From positions 1 to 19,295 of the forward strand of contig JAVYNJ010000012.1 of assembly GCA_038735675.1 (NCBI GenBank): a stretch of DNA of 19,295 nt. The letters are read 5' to 3'. Every line of letters starts with the position of its first letter. The stretch's first letter is position 1. This DNA is from Nanopusillaceae archaeon (lineage in GTDB: Archaea > Nanobdellota > Nanobdellia > Nanobdellales > Nanobdellaceae). The notes beneath the pieces were generated by a model. It did no database searches and was not told where the DNA came from. It worked only from the letters and a program-made list of their open reading frames with translations. Shown piece by piece: positions 7,763 through 15,284 of the stretch. Position numbers and translations under genes: made by a program.

Positions 7763-8516
7763 TTAATATTTTTTCTATTTTATTCTTAAATTCTATTGCT
7801 TTGTTATAAAATTCTTTTAACTCTTCTATATCTATTTCTGAAATTTCACCATGAGAGATTTTTTTTGCTTTTTCAAATATTTTGTGATACCAATCCAAAA
7901 TTTCTTTATCATTTAATTCTTTTTTAAGATAATCTAAAATTTCAGATGGCTCTGGAGGTAAATATCCTTTCTTCATTAAGTAATATTGAGCTAAAGTAAC
8001 AAATATACCATAAACGTTTTCAAAAGATTTTAATAAGTAGAATTTATAATTTCTAATACTTAATTCTATTTTCTTTTTTGAGATTTCTATTGCTTCTTCA
8101 GAAGGTTTTATTCTACCCATTTCCAATAATTTTTTTAAAGACCCAAACAATCCATAAGGATCTATAATTGCCTTACCCGTTCTCAAAATATTTATTAGAA
8201 GAGGGTCTCCATTCCTAGCCATATCCCAAAATACAGATAAAGTTAAAGTATTAATATGCAATTTCTTAAATTTATCTTGCGATAATATTTTGTTTAGACT
8301 ATCGAAATAGTATACTGAAGTAACATTATCCCAAACATTGTAAACATCATCCACAACTATCAGTAAATCTATATCTGATTGTTGTTCGTTTTTTCCTTTT
8401 GCATAGGATCCAAACAATACAATAATTCTAACAAGACCATTAACCTTGTTTATCAACTCATTTCCAAAATCTAGAATCTTTTTTAGTATATCTTCGGGTA
8501 CTCCCTCAACATCCAT
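7737..8516 (-). CDS. Pol-beta superfamily nucleotidyltransferase (MNT-like) fused to a C-terminal helical (KNTase_C/HEPN-like) domain
   Basis: VLFGSYAKGKNEQQSDIDLLIVVDD is the G-S-x10-D-x-D minimal nucleotidyltransferase signature. About 150 aa of helical, Lys/Glu-rich sequence follows. I saw no clear R-x4-6-H HEPN motif. The 3' end overlaps the bud32 start by 26 nt. Confidence 0.7.
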   Translation of the reverse strand: MDVEGVPEDILKKILDFGNELINKVNGLVRIIVLFGSYAKGKNEQQSDIDLLIVVDDVYNVWDNVTSVYYFDSLNKILSQDKFKKLHINTLTLSVFWDMARNGDPLLINILRTGKAIIDPYGLFGSLKKLLEMGRIKPSEEAIEISKKKIELSIRNYKFYLLKSFENVYGIFVTLAQYYLMKKGYLPPEPSEILDYLKKELNDKEILDWYHKIFEKAKKISHGEISEIDIEELKEFYNKAIEFKNKIEKILNEGDISRS

Positions 8517-8525
8517 AAAAGTAAA

Positions 8526-9941
8526 TTAGTCTTGTATTTTTCTAATATTTTTTGTATGTAATTCCCTTATGTCTTCTATATTAAGATATAACATAGCCAA
8601 TCTATCAATTCCAAGACCCCAAGCAATTACCGGAACATTTATATTAAAAGGCTCTAACAATTCTCTTCTAAATATACCTGCACCTCCGATTTCCATCCAT
8701 CCAAGTTTTTCATGTTTAGCATATATTTCTACAGAAGGCTCTGTAAATGGAAAAAACGCTGGATAAAATTTTATATCTTCTGTTCCAACAATATTAATAA
8801 CTATTTCTTTTAATATTCCCAAAAGATCCCTAAAAGTTATATTTTCATCCAAAATTATTCCATCTAATTGATTAAATTCGATAAAGTGCTTTGCGTCAAT
8901 TGTATCGTATCTAAAAACTTTTTCTATTATAAAATATTTCCCAGGGATTTTAGATTTTAGTAATTTTATTGCTGAGAATGCGGTGTCATGAGAAACTAAA
9001 ATAGGGTGTTTAGCAACGTTATCCTCCCAGATATTAAAATATTTTAAATGCTGTCTTTTTACTTTATCAAATAATTCCTTTGGAAAATCTTCTATAGATT
9101 TTGGATTTTTTAAGTAATAAGTATCCATTAAAGATATATCTCCTGCTGGATGATCTTGAGGGATAAATAAAGAATCTAAGTTCCAAAAATGAGATAATAC
9201 AATTCGATAATCTTCTATTTCTTCAAATCCCATAGAAACTAAATCAAATCTTATTTTATCTAAAAACTCTAAATATTTGTTATATTTTCCAATATTAGAT
9301 GGGGGAACTTCTATATTAATATCGTAACTTCTAAATTTTTTATATTTCCAAATTTTTTTATCTAAGATCTCTTTTGTGTAATTATCTATATAATCTTCTG
9401 GATTATAGCTTTTTAAAAATTCTTTTCCTTTTTCATTTATTTTTGCATAATAAATTGTTTTTTCTTTAACTTCAATTATATTTTTCCTATTTAAAAATAT
9501 TTTTAATTCTGATTCGTTAAAGATTCCTTTTTCGATTTTTTCTAATATATCTTCTTCTGTTTTTATATCTCTTTTAAATATTACTTTTTCATCTTTTATT
9601 TCAACTGCATCTTTCTTTTTAAGATATCCTAAAGCAAAATTTAACTCGTCGCTATCAAATATTTCTCTTAATTCTTCTAGTTTTACTTCCCCTCTTTCAC
9701 GGACATAATTCAACAATCTTCTTTCTGGAAGCCCAATTTTTAAATATTTTTTCCCTAAATCTGATAAAAAATAATATTTTTTCTTCTCATCTTTTAAATC
9801 AACCAAATTTTTTGATTTCAAAAATCCCAAAGATCTTAAAATTTTATATTCGTCTAAATTTAGCTCTTTTGATAATTCTTCTAAACTTTTCCAATTTTCA
9901 TCTAAAGATTTTAAGATCTTATATTCTACATTCGATATCAT
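8526..9941 (-). CDS. pheS: Phenylalanine--tRNA ligase alpha subunit (archaeal/eukaryal type)
   Basis: Class II motif 2 is FRYDTIDAKHFIEFNQLDG. Motif 3 is GGAGIFRRELLEP...WGLGIDRLAML. A long winged-helix-rich N-terminal extension is typical of archaeal PheS. 471 aa. Confidence 0.95.
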   Translation of the reverse strand: MISNVEYKILKSLDENWKSLEELSKELNLDEYKILRSLGFLKSKNLVDLKDEKKKYYFLSDLGKKYLKIGLPERRLLNYVRERGEVKLEELREIFDSDELNFALGYLKKKDAVEIKDEKVIFKRDIKTEEDILEKIEKGIFNESELKIFLNRKNIIEVKEKTIYYAKINEKGKEFLKSYNPEDYIDNYTKEILDKKIWKYKKFRSYDINIEVPPSNIGKYNKYLEFLDKIRFDLVSMGFEEIEDYRIVLSHFWNLDSLFIPQDHPAGDISLMDTYYLKNPKSIEDFPKELFDKVKRQHLKYFNIWEDNVAKHPILVSHDTAFSAIKLLKSKIPGKYFIIEKVFRYDTIDAKHFIEFNQLDGIILDENITFRDLLGILKEIVINIVGTEDIKFYPAFFPFTEPSVEIYAKHEKLGWMEIGGAGIFRRELLEPFNINVPVIAWGLGIDRLAMLYLNIEDIRELHTKNIRKIQD

Positions 9942-11593
9942 ATTTTTAATAACTTATTTTTCAATAAATTTAAGCCAATTTCAAATCCAGAGAAAGGGTA
10001 AGATATTTCAAGTTTTTCTAAAATTTCTGGATTTATTTCTCCTATCCAACCAATTACTTGATTTTCAAAAATTATTTTTGCTTGCCTACCCTCAATTAAA
10101 AATTTGTAATTGGACTCTTCAAGCTGAAAATCTATATTTAATTCTTTAAATAATCTTTCTAAAACGGATAGAGAATCTGAAAAAGAAACTTCATTATCTG
10201 AATAGAGATAAATTAACCTATCTTCCTCGTAAATAGAATTATTTTTTAGAAATGCTATTCTTCCAACTTCAAATAATTTTGCTGGTAATTTAAGCTCTTT
10301 ATATTCAGATAATGTTTGAAATATTGATGCTATTAGAGAAGACCTAACCGAATTATAATTTGAAGATACTGGATTCTCTAAAAGTATTATTTCTTCTTCG
10401 GAGAATAATTTATTTATTTCAGAATTTGTTAAAACTGGAGTATATAATTCTATACATCCACATCCAACCATTATCTTTCTCAAAAGATTAATTAATTTTC
10501 TTCTTTTAGATATGCTTCCTTTTGTATAAATAGTTACTGGTTTTGGTTCTATGTTGTTTATACCATAACCTATAATAATCTCTTCAGCTATATCTTGTTC
10601 AGAAATTATATCAAACCTATAATTAAGATATTTTATCTTTAAAATATTTTCTTCTATTTTTGCATCTAGTCTTTTTCTTTTCAAAGTATCTAAAATTTCT
10701 TGATTAGATAAAGAAAATCCCAAAATTTTAATTATTTTATTTAAATCAAAAGTTTTTTCTTCTATTTTTAGATTTGGAGTAATTATTTTTTTATCAGGAT
10801 ATATTATTTCAACTGTCTTTATTTTTCCTCCAAAATCTGCTAAAGCTAATGTAATGACATTTAAAGCTCTTAAAACTGCATCAAAATTTATTCCTGTAAC
10901 ATCAACAAATATATTTCTAGTATTAATATTCAAATTTCCGATATCATTAGAATTAATTATTGGAGGAAAAGAAATTATTCTATCACTGCTATCAACTAAA
11001 ATTGGATATTGCTTAAAATTATTCAAAATATACCTATATTCTCTTCCAGCATCTGTTCTCTCTAAAATTTCATTTAAATTCATTTCTTTATTTTCTCCTA
11101 AAGGAATAAATTTAACATCTTCAGGATTAACAGCTTTATAAAATACGGGAAACTTAATAAGATCTAAATTATGAGTTCCTATTGCTACTTTTTTTCTTCT
11201 AGCTCCAAAAGATCTTGAAATTAAATTCTGAAATCTTATTATATCCAACAATCTATCTTCATTCAATTTCACGCCCTCTATAATTGCACAAGCGATATAT
11301 GGTCTGATATTTTTTACAGAGTTATCAACAAAAACGCTTTTATCTGAAGATAACAAATTGTATTGAGGAATTCCTGTTTCTAAGTTTAAAATTCCCTTTA
11401 ATTCTCTAATAATTCCAGTAATAGATAATAAATCGATTCTATAAAAATCTTTAACTTCTATTTTAATTTTATCTTTATTAATAGAATCGATCTCACATTT
11501 TATATTTAACAATATTTTTTCTAAATCTTCTAGAGAAATATCTAAACCTAAAAGAGATTTTAATTCCGAATAACTTACTTCTATAACAGCCAT
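9938..11593 (-). CDS. pheT: Phenylalanine--tRNA ligase beta subunit (archaeal type)
   Basis: 551 aa. The N-terminus MAVIEVSYSELKSLLG is typical of archaeal PheT, and B3/4-like and B5-like regions follow. It overlaps pheS by 4 nt, indicating translational coupling. Confidence 0.9.
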   Translation of the reverse strand: MAVIEVSYSELKSLLGLDISLEDLEKILLNIKCEIDSINKDKIKIEVKDFYRIDLLSITGIIRELKGILNLETGIPQYNLLSSDKSVFVDNSVKNIRPYIACAIIEGVKLNEDRLLDIIRFQNLISRSFGARRKKVAIGTHNLDLIKFPVFYKAVNPEDVKFIPLGENKEMNLNEILERTDAGREYRYILNNFKQYPILVDSSDRIISFPPIINSNDIGNLNINTRNIFVDVTGINFDAVLRALNVITLALADFGGKIKTVEIIYPDKKIITPNLKIEEKTFDLNKIIKILGFSLSNQEILDTLKRKRLDAKIEENILKIKYLNYRFDIISEQDIAEEIIIGYGINNIEPKPVTIYTKGSISKRRKLINLLRKIMVGCGCIELYTPVLTNSEINKLFSEEEIILLENPVSSNYNSVRSSLIASIFQTLSEYKELKLPAKLFEVGRIAFLKNNSIYEEDRLIYLYSDNEVSFSDSLSVLERLFKELNIDFQLEESNYKFLIEGRQAKIIFENQVIGWIGEINPEILEKLEISYPFSGFEIGLNLLKNKLLKI

Positions 11594-11599
11594 AAAAAA

Positions 11600-11860
11600 T
11601 TAGATTTCAATACCTAATTTAGTTAATATTTCTTTTTCTTTTTCTTTACTTTTTAGATCTTTTCTAGAAATTCCTCTATACCTTGCACATGCGGGGCAAA
11701 TATAAATTTTAACTGTATTGGTTTGAACTAAAAAAGGTTTTTGATCATCAGGAACATCAAGTTTAAGCCTAGTACCAACCCTTAATTCTATAGCCTTATC
11801 AATTCTAGTTAGCCTACCACAATAATAACATATAACATTTTGATATTTTTTGTATTTCAT
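11600..11860 (-). CDS. rps26e: Probable ribosomal protein eS26 (S26e)
   Basis: 86 aa. CYYCGRLTRIDKAI matches the eS26 C-x-x-C-x-x-x-v-P-k-D-K-A-I block. IYICPACARYRGISRKD matches the second y-C-v-s-C-A-i-H...R-x-R-s block. The tail is basic. The N-terminal basic arm is shorter than usual. The alternative reading is a generic zinc-ribbon protein. Confidence 0.55.
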   Translation of the reverse strand: MKYKKYQNVICYYCGRLTRIDKAIELRVGTRLKLDVPDDQKPFLVQTNTVKIYICPACARYRGISRKDLKSKEKEKEILTKLGIEI

Positions 11861-11910
11861 TTTCTAACTTTAGATTTAATTATTACAGCCATAGATAAGT
11901 AAATTTACAG

Positions 11911-11928
11911 AAAAGGTTTATAAAAATA
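11911..11928 (+). promoter_or_regulatory. Putative archaeal BRE/TATA promoter for serS (in the divergent region shared with the eS26 gene)
   Basis: A purine-rich AAAAGG at 11911-11916 is followed by TTTATAAA at 11917-11924. An ATG at 11948-11950 lies about 24-27 nt downstream of the TATA centre, which is the spacing expected for a leaderless archaeal mRNA. The AT-rich background makes any TATA call weak. Confidence 0.35.
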
Positions 11929-12078
11929 AGCAACGTATTCTAATTACATGTTCCGGTCTTTCCAGTAGATTTAGACAATGAAAATTTAGTAAAAGCATAT
12001 ATAGAATCTTTTAGAAAAAGAGGGTTAGACGAAAGTAAAGTTTATAAAGCATTAGAATTAAATAGAAAAAGAAAGGAA

Positions 12079-13497
12079 TTGCAAAAGTTACTAGATGAGA
12101 AGAGATCTTTAAAAAACAAACTTAGTAGATTATATAGCAATATTTTGGCTTTTAAGCAAAGAAAAGTAGATATTAATACTTTAGAAAATGAATTAAAAAA
12201 ACTTGGGTTTAAATATGAAGATGGTTTAGAAGCAGAGATAATAAAGAAAATAAGAGAAGTAGATAAACAAATAGAAGATATAGAAAAGGAATATAATGCA
12301 GTATTGGAAGAATACATAAAAACCACATGGACATTTCCAAATATATTACATCCTGACGTTCCTGAAGGTGACGACACTTATAACAAACCAATTTATTATT
12401 GGGGTATAGTAAGAGTAACAAACGAGGAGAATTTTCAAAAAGAAGTAAGTCAAAATGGGAAATACAAATGGAAAATAATAGAATTAAGTAAGATACCAGA
12501 AAAGTATATAAAAGATAAAGAAAAACTTAGAGAAATTTACAAAATCTTAAAGGGCGAAATCGATTTTTACTATATCAATTATGATGATGTTCTAGATTTT
12601 GAATTATTAAACAAGGATGGATTAGTACCATATGTTAAGATAGATTGGGAACCTCTACATCATTATGATCTAATTGAAAAATTTAAATTAGCGGAAACTT
12701 CTAGAGCATCAGATGTCGCAGGATCAAGATTTTACTTTGAATTTGATAATTTTGCGTTGTTAGATTTAGCAATTAGCTTAGAAGGATTGAAATTCTTAGA
12801 AAAAAGAGGATATAAAATTACTATTACACCCTATATGTTAAAGAAAAATGTTTTGGATGGAATAATTACTTTAGATGATTATGAAGATATGATGTATAAA
12901 ATAGAAAACGAAGATCTCTACTTAATAGGAACCGCAGAACACTCTATAACTGCATTCTATTATGATAGTATAATCGAAGAAAAAGATTTGCCAATAAAGA
13001 TTGCAGGTTGGAGTGCTTGCTTTAGAAAAGAGGCTGGTGCACATGGTAAAGATACTAAAGGTTTATTTAGAATACATCAGTTCCATAAAGTTGAACAATA
13101 TATATTTTGCAAGCCAGAAGATTCTGAAAAATATCATGAAGAACTAATTAAAAATCAAATGGATTTCTTTAGATTACTAAATATACCGCACAGAAAAATA
13201 CTGATTGCCTCAAGAGATATGGGTAAAAGAAATTATAAACAATATGATGTTGAAGGATGGTTCCCTGGACAGCAAAGATATAGAGAACTTGGTTCAGGTT
13301 CAAATGTTACAGATTGGCAATCGAGAAGATGTAATATAAGATATAGAACAAAACATAATGAATTAGAATTTCTCCATACTTTAAACTGTACCTTAATAGC
13401 GGTTCAAAGAACTTTATTATGTTTATTAGAAAATAACTATGACAAAAAGAATGATAAGCTATTTGTACCAGAAATATTGGCTAAATATCTAAAATAA
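12079..13497 (+). CDS. serS: Serine--tRNA ligase (bacterial-like type 1 SerRS). The true 5' end probably lies upstream, near 11948-11965
   Basis: Class II motifs are present: FRKEAGAHGKDTKGLFRIHQFHKVEQ (motif 2 region) and TLNCTLIAVQRTLLCLLEN (motif 3 region). The N-terminal coiled-coil arm is present. The ORF-track start is a TTG. The same frame stays open back to 11944 and encodes SerRS-like sequence (see findings). Confidence 0.9.
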   Translation: MQKLLDEKRSLKNKLSRLYSNILAFKQRKVDINTLENELKKLGFKYEDGLEAEIIKKIREVDKQIEDIEKEYNAVLEEYIKTTWTFPNILHPDVPEGDDTYNKPIYYWGIVRVTNEENFQKEVSQNGKYKWKIIELSKIPEKYIKDKEKLREIYKILKGEIDFYYINYDDVLDFELLNKDGLVPYVKIDWEPLHHYDLIEKFKLAETSRASDVAGSRFYFEFDNFALLDLAISLEGLKFLEKRGYKITITPYMLKKNVLDGIITLDDYEDMMYKIENEDLYLIGTAEHSITAFYYDSIIEEKDLPIKIAGWSACFRKEAGAHGKDTKGLFRIHQFHKVEQYIFCKPEDSEKYHEELIKNQMDFFRLLNIPHRKILIASRDMGKRNYKQYDVEGWFPGQQRYRELGSGSNVTDWQSRRCNIRYRTKHNELEFLHTLNCTLIAVQRTLLCLLENNYDKKNDKLFVPEILAKYLK

Positions 13498-13527
13498 TTT
13501 TAAATTTTTTATATATGCATATTTTTT

Positions 13528-13908
13528 ATGAGTGAAGCAGATATAAATAAGATAATTGAAGAAGTCATATCTCTTGCTAAACAGGGATATAGAAAATCAG
13601 AGATTGGCAGAATTATAAAAGAAAAATATGGCAAAAATGTAAAATCACTATTAAACAAACCGTTATTAAGAATTTTAGAAGAAAATGGATTTAAAGAGGA
13701 AATTCCAGAAGATCTATTAAATATTTTCAAAAAAATAAATAGGATGATAAAGCATTTAGAAATAAATAAAAAAGATATAAATACTAAAAAAAGATTAGAA
13801 GAATACGAAAAATCTGTACAATGTTTGATAAAATATTACAAAGAAATCAAAAAACTTCCAGAAACCTTTAAATATTCTAGAGAGATAGTTAAAATGTATT
13901 CGGCATGA
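13528..13908 (+). CDS. rps15: Ribosomal protein uS15 (archaeal S15P / eukaryotic S13e type), N-terminally short
   Basis: IEEVISLAKQGYRKSEIGRIIKEKYG, ILEENGFKEEIPEDLLNIFKK, HLEINKKDINTKKRL and LIKYYKEIKKLPETFKY match the S13e-N plus S15 domain consensus. It lacks the usual first ~25 basic residues. Confidence 0.85.
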   Translation: MSEADINKIIEEVISLAKQGYRKSEIGRIIKEKYGKNVKSLLNKPLLRILEENGFKEEIPEDLLNIFKKINRMIKHLEINKKDINTKKRLEEYEKSVQCLIKYYKEIKKLPETFKYSREIVKMYSA

Positions 13909-15284
13909 TACAAAGATTTTTATATTTTTTAGAGGAAGTATCAGATAAAATAAAAGAAGAAATTGATAAAGGATCTAGAATTTTAGTTTTATCTTCGAAT
14001 AATCCAGACGCTTTAGCTTCTTCAATTCTATTAATAAAATTTTTTTATAAAAACGATATAGAAGCTCATTTTAGATTTGTAAATGTTATAGATTCAAATC
14101 TTTTTGATTTATTATTTGGAGATGGAGAAAAAACATATGATCAAGATATAATATTTTTTTTAGATTTTGGATCAAGAATACTAGGAAAAATCGCCGAAAA
14201 TTTGAAAAATACAAAAAAAAGATTTTTTATATTTGATCATCACGATCTAACATCTAAAGTTTTAAAATCTGAAAATCTTTATCAGATAAATCCAAATATT
14301 TTTGGTCTTAATGGAAAAAAGGATGCTTCAACATCAACAATAATTTATTACTTATTAAAAAATTTAGGATATATCTTTAAAGGAGAAGAAATATTATGTT
14401 TAGCAGGATCTATTTCTGAAAAACAAAACATAAAAGAATTATCGGGATTGAATAAAGAATTATTAAATGATCTTATAAATAATGACCTTATAGAAGTAAA
14501 AAAAGGCATAAAATTGGCAGGAATCAAGAATAAGCCTCTTTATAAAGCTCTAAGCTCCTCCGTTGAAATTTATATTCCAACCATCTCGGGAAGTGATGAA
14601 AAAGCAATAGAATTTTTAAAAAAAATATTTCCAGATAAAAAACCAGAAAAAATAGTTTATACTGATTTAAATCAAGAAGAAGAAAAAAAACTAATAAATG
14701 AGATTATTAAAATCCGAGTTCTAAGTAATATAATGTTAAATGAAGAAATATTAGGAGATCTATATATATTAAAAAATGAAAGAGATATAGGAGATTTAGA
14801 AGAGTTATCATTAATTTTAAAATCTGCCATATCTTCTCTTGAATATTCTACAATTATTAAATATTTTATAGAAAAATCCAATTTTGATAATTTAAGAGAA
14901 TTAGAAATTTCTTTCAGATCAAAAATATCAAAAATAATTTCAGATATTTTAAAAAATAACATAAAATTCGAAGATAATGATGGAATAATATTGATAGAAT
15001 TAAAAGATAAGGCAATTCTATCTCCTTATATTTCCGAAATTTTGTCTTTCAACAACATACTAGATAAAAAAGCCTATATAGTTTATGAAGAGTTTAAAGA
15101 TTACTATAGAGTTTCTATTAGTAGAAATAAAAGAAATGAAGAAATTCCAAATTTGATAAAGGGATTAATGGATAAAATAGAAATTTTTTATGGTACAGAA
15201 AGCTATAACACATTTTATGTCAAAAAAAATTATTTTAATGATTTTATTTCTACATTCGTAAGTATTTTAAATAAATTCTCTTAG
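13905..15284 (+). CDS. DHH-family phosphoesterase, RecJ/Cdc45 (GAN)-like
   Basis: 459 aa. DHH motif III is FIFDHHD (nt ~14229-14246). Motif II-like FFLDFGS is present. A motif I-like SNNPDALASS lacks the second Asp. The C-terminal half is DHHA1-like in size. It overlaps the rps15 stop by 4 nt (ATGA). Confidence 0.6.
   Translation: MIQRFLYFLEEVSDKIKEEIDKGSRILVLSSNNPDALASSILLIKFFYKNDIEAHFRFVNVIDSNLFDLLFGDGEKTYDQDIIFFLDFGSRILGKIAENLKNTKKRFFIFDHHDLTSKVLKSENLYQINPNIFGLNGKKDASTSTIIYYLLKNLGYIFKGEEILCLAGSISEKQNIKELSGLNKELLNDLINNDLIEVKKGIKLAGIKNKPLYKALSSSVEIYIPTISGSDEKAIEFLKKIFPDKKPEKIVYTDLNQEEEKKLINEIIKIRVLSNIMLNEEILGDLYILKNERDIGDLEELSLILKSAISSLEYSTIIKYFIEKSNFDNLRELEISFRSKISKIISDILKNNIKFEDNDGIILIELKDKAILSPYISEILSFNNILDKKAYIVYEEFKDYYRVSISRNKRNEEIPNLIKGLMDKIEIFYGTESYNTFYVKKNYFNDFISTFVSILNKFS

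Noticed and set aside
8569-8766. 65-aa plus-strand ORF inside pheS
   Set aside because: It is antisense to the most conserved part of PheRS alpha (motif 3 region), so it is a shadow ORF.
10854-11141. 95-aa plus-strand ORF inside pheT
   Set aside because: It is antisense to a confidently called gene and has no features of its own.
12042-12421. Two minus-strand ORFs (111 aa and 70 aa) antisense to the serS 5' region
   Set aside because: Their Ser/Leu/Phe-rich low-complexity sequences are what results from reading a Lys/Glu-rich coiled-coil region backwards. They are shadow ORFs.
12581-12590. Other C box-like words: ATGATGATG at 12581 (plus), GTGATGA at 14592-14598 (plus), and AATGATGATGAT on the minus strand at about 19031-19042
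   Set aside because: All lie inside coding sequence, and none has a CTGA D' or D box at the required 10-12 nt spacing, nor a second C'/D pair. They are chance matches.
13509-13730. 73-aa minus-strand ORF antisense to rps15
   Set aside because: It overlaps a strongly supported ribosomal protein gene and has no motif.
14672-14962. 96-aa minus-strand ORF antisense to the DHH gene
   Set aside because: It is a shadow ORF within a longer, motif-bearing plus-strand ORF.
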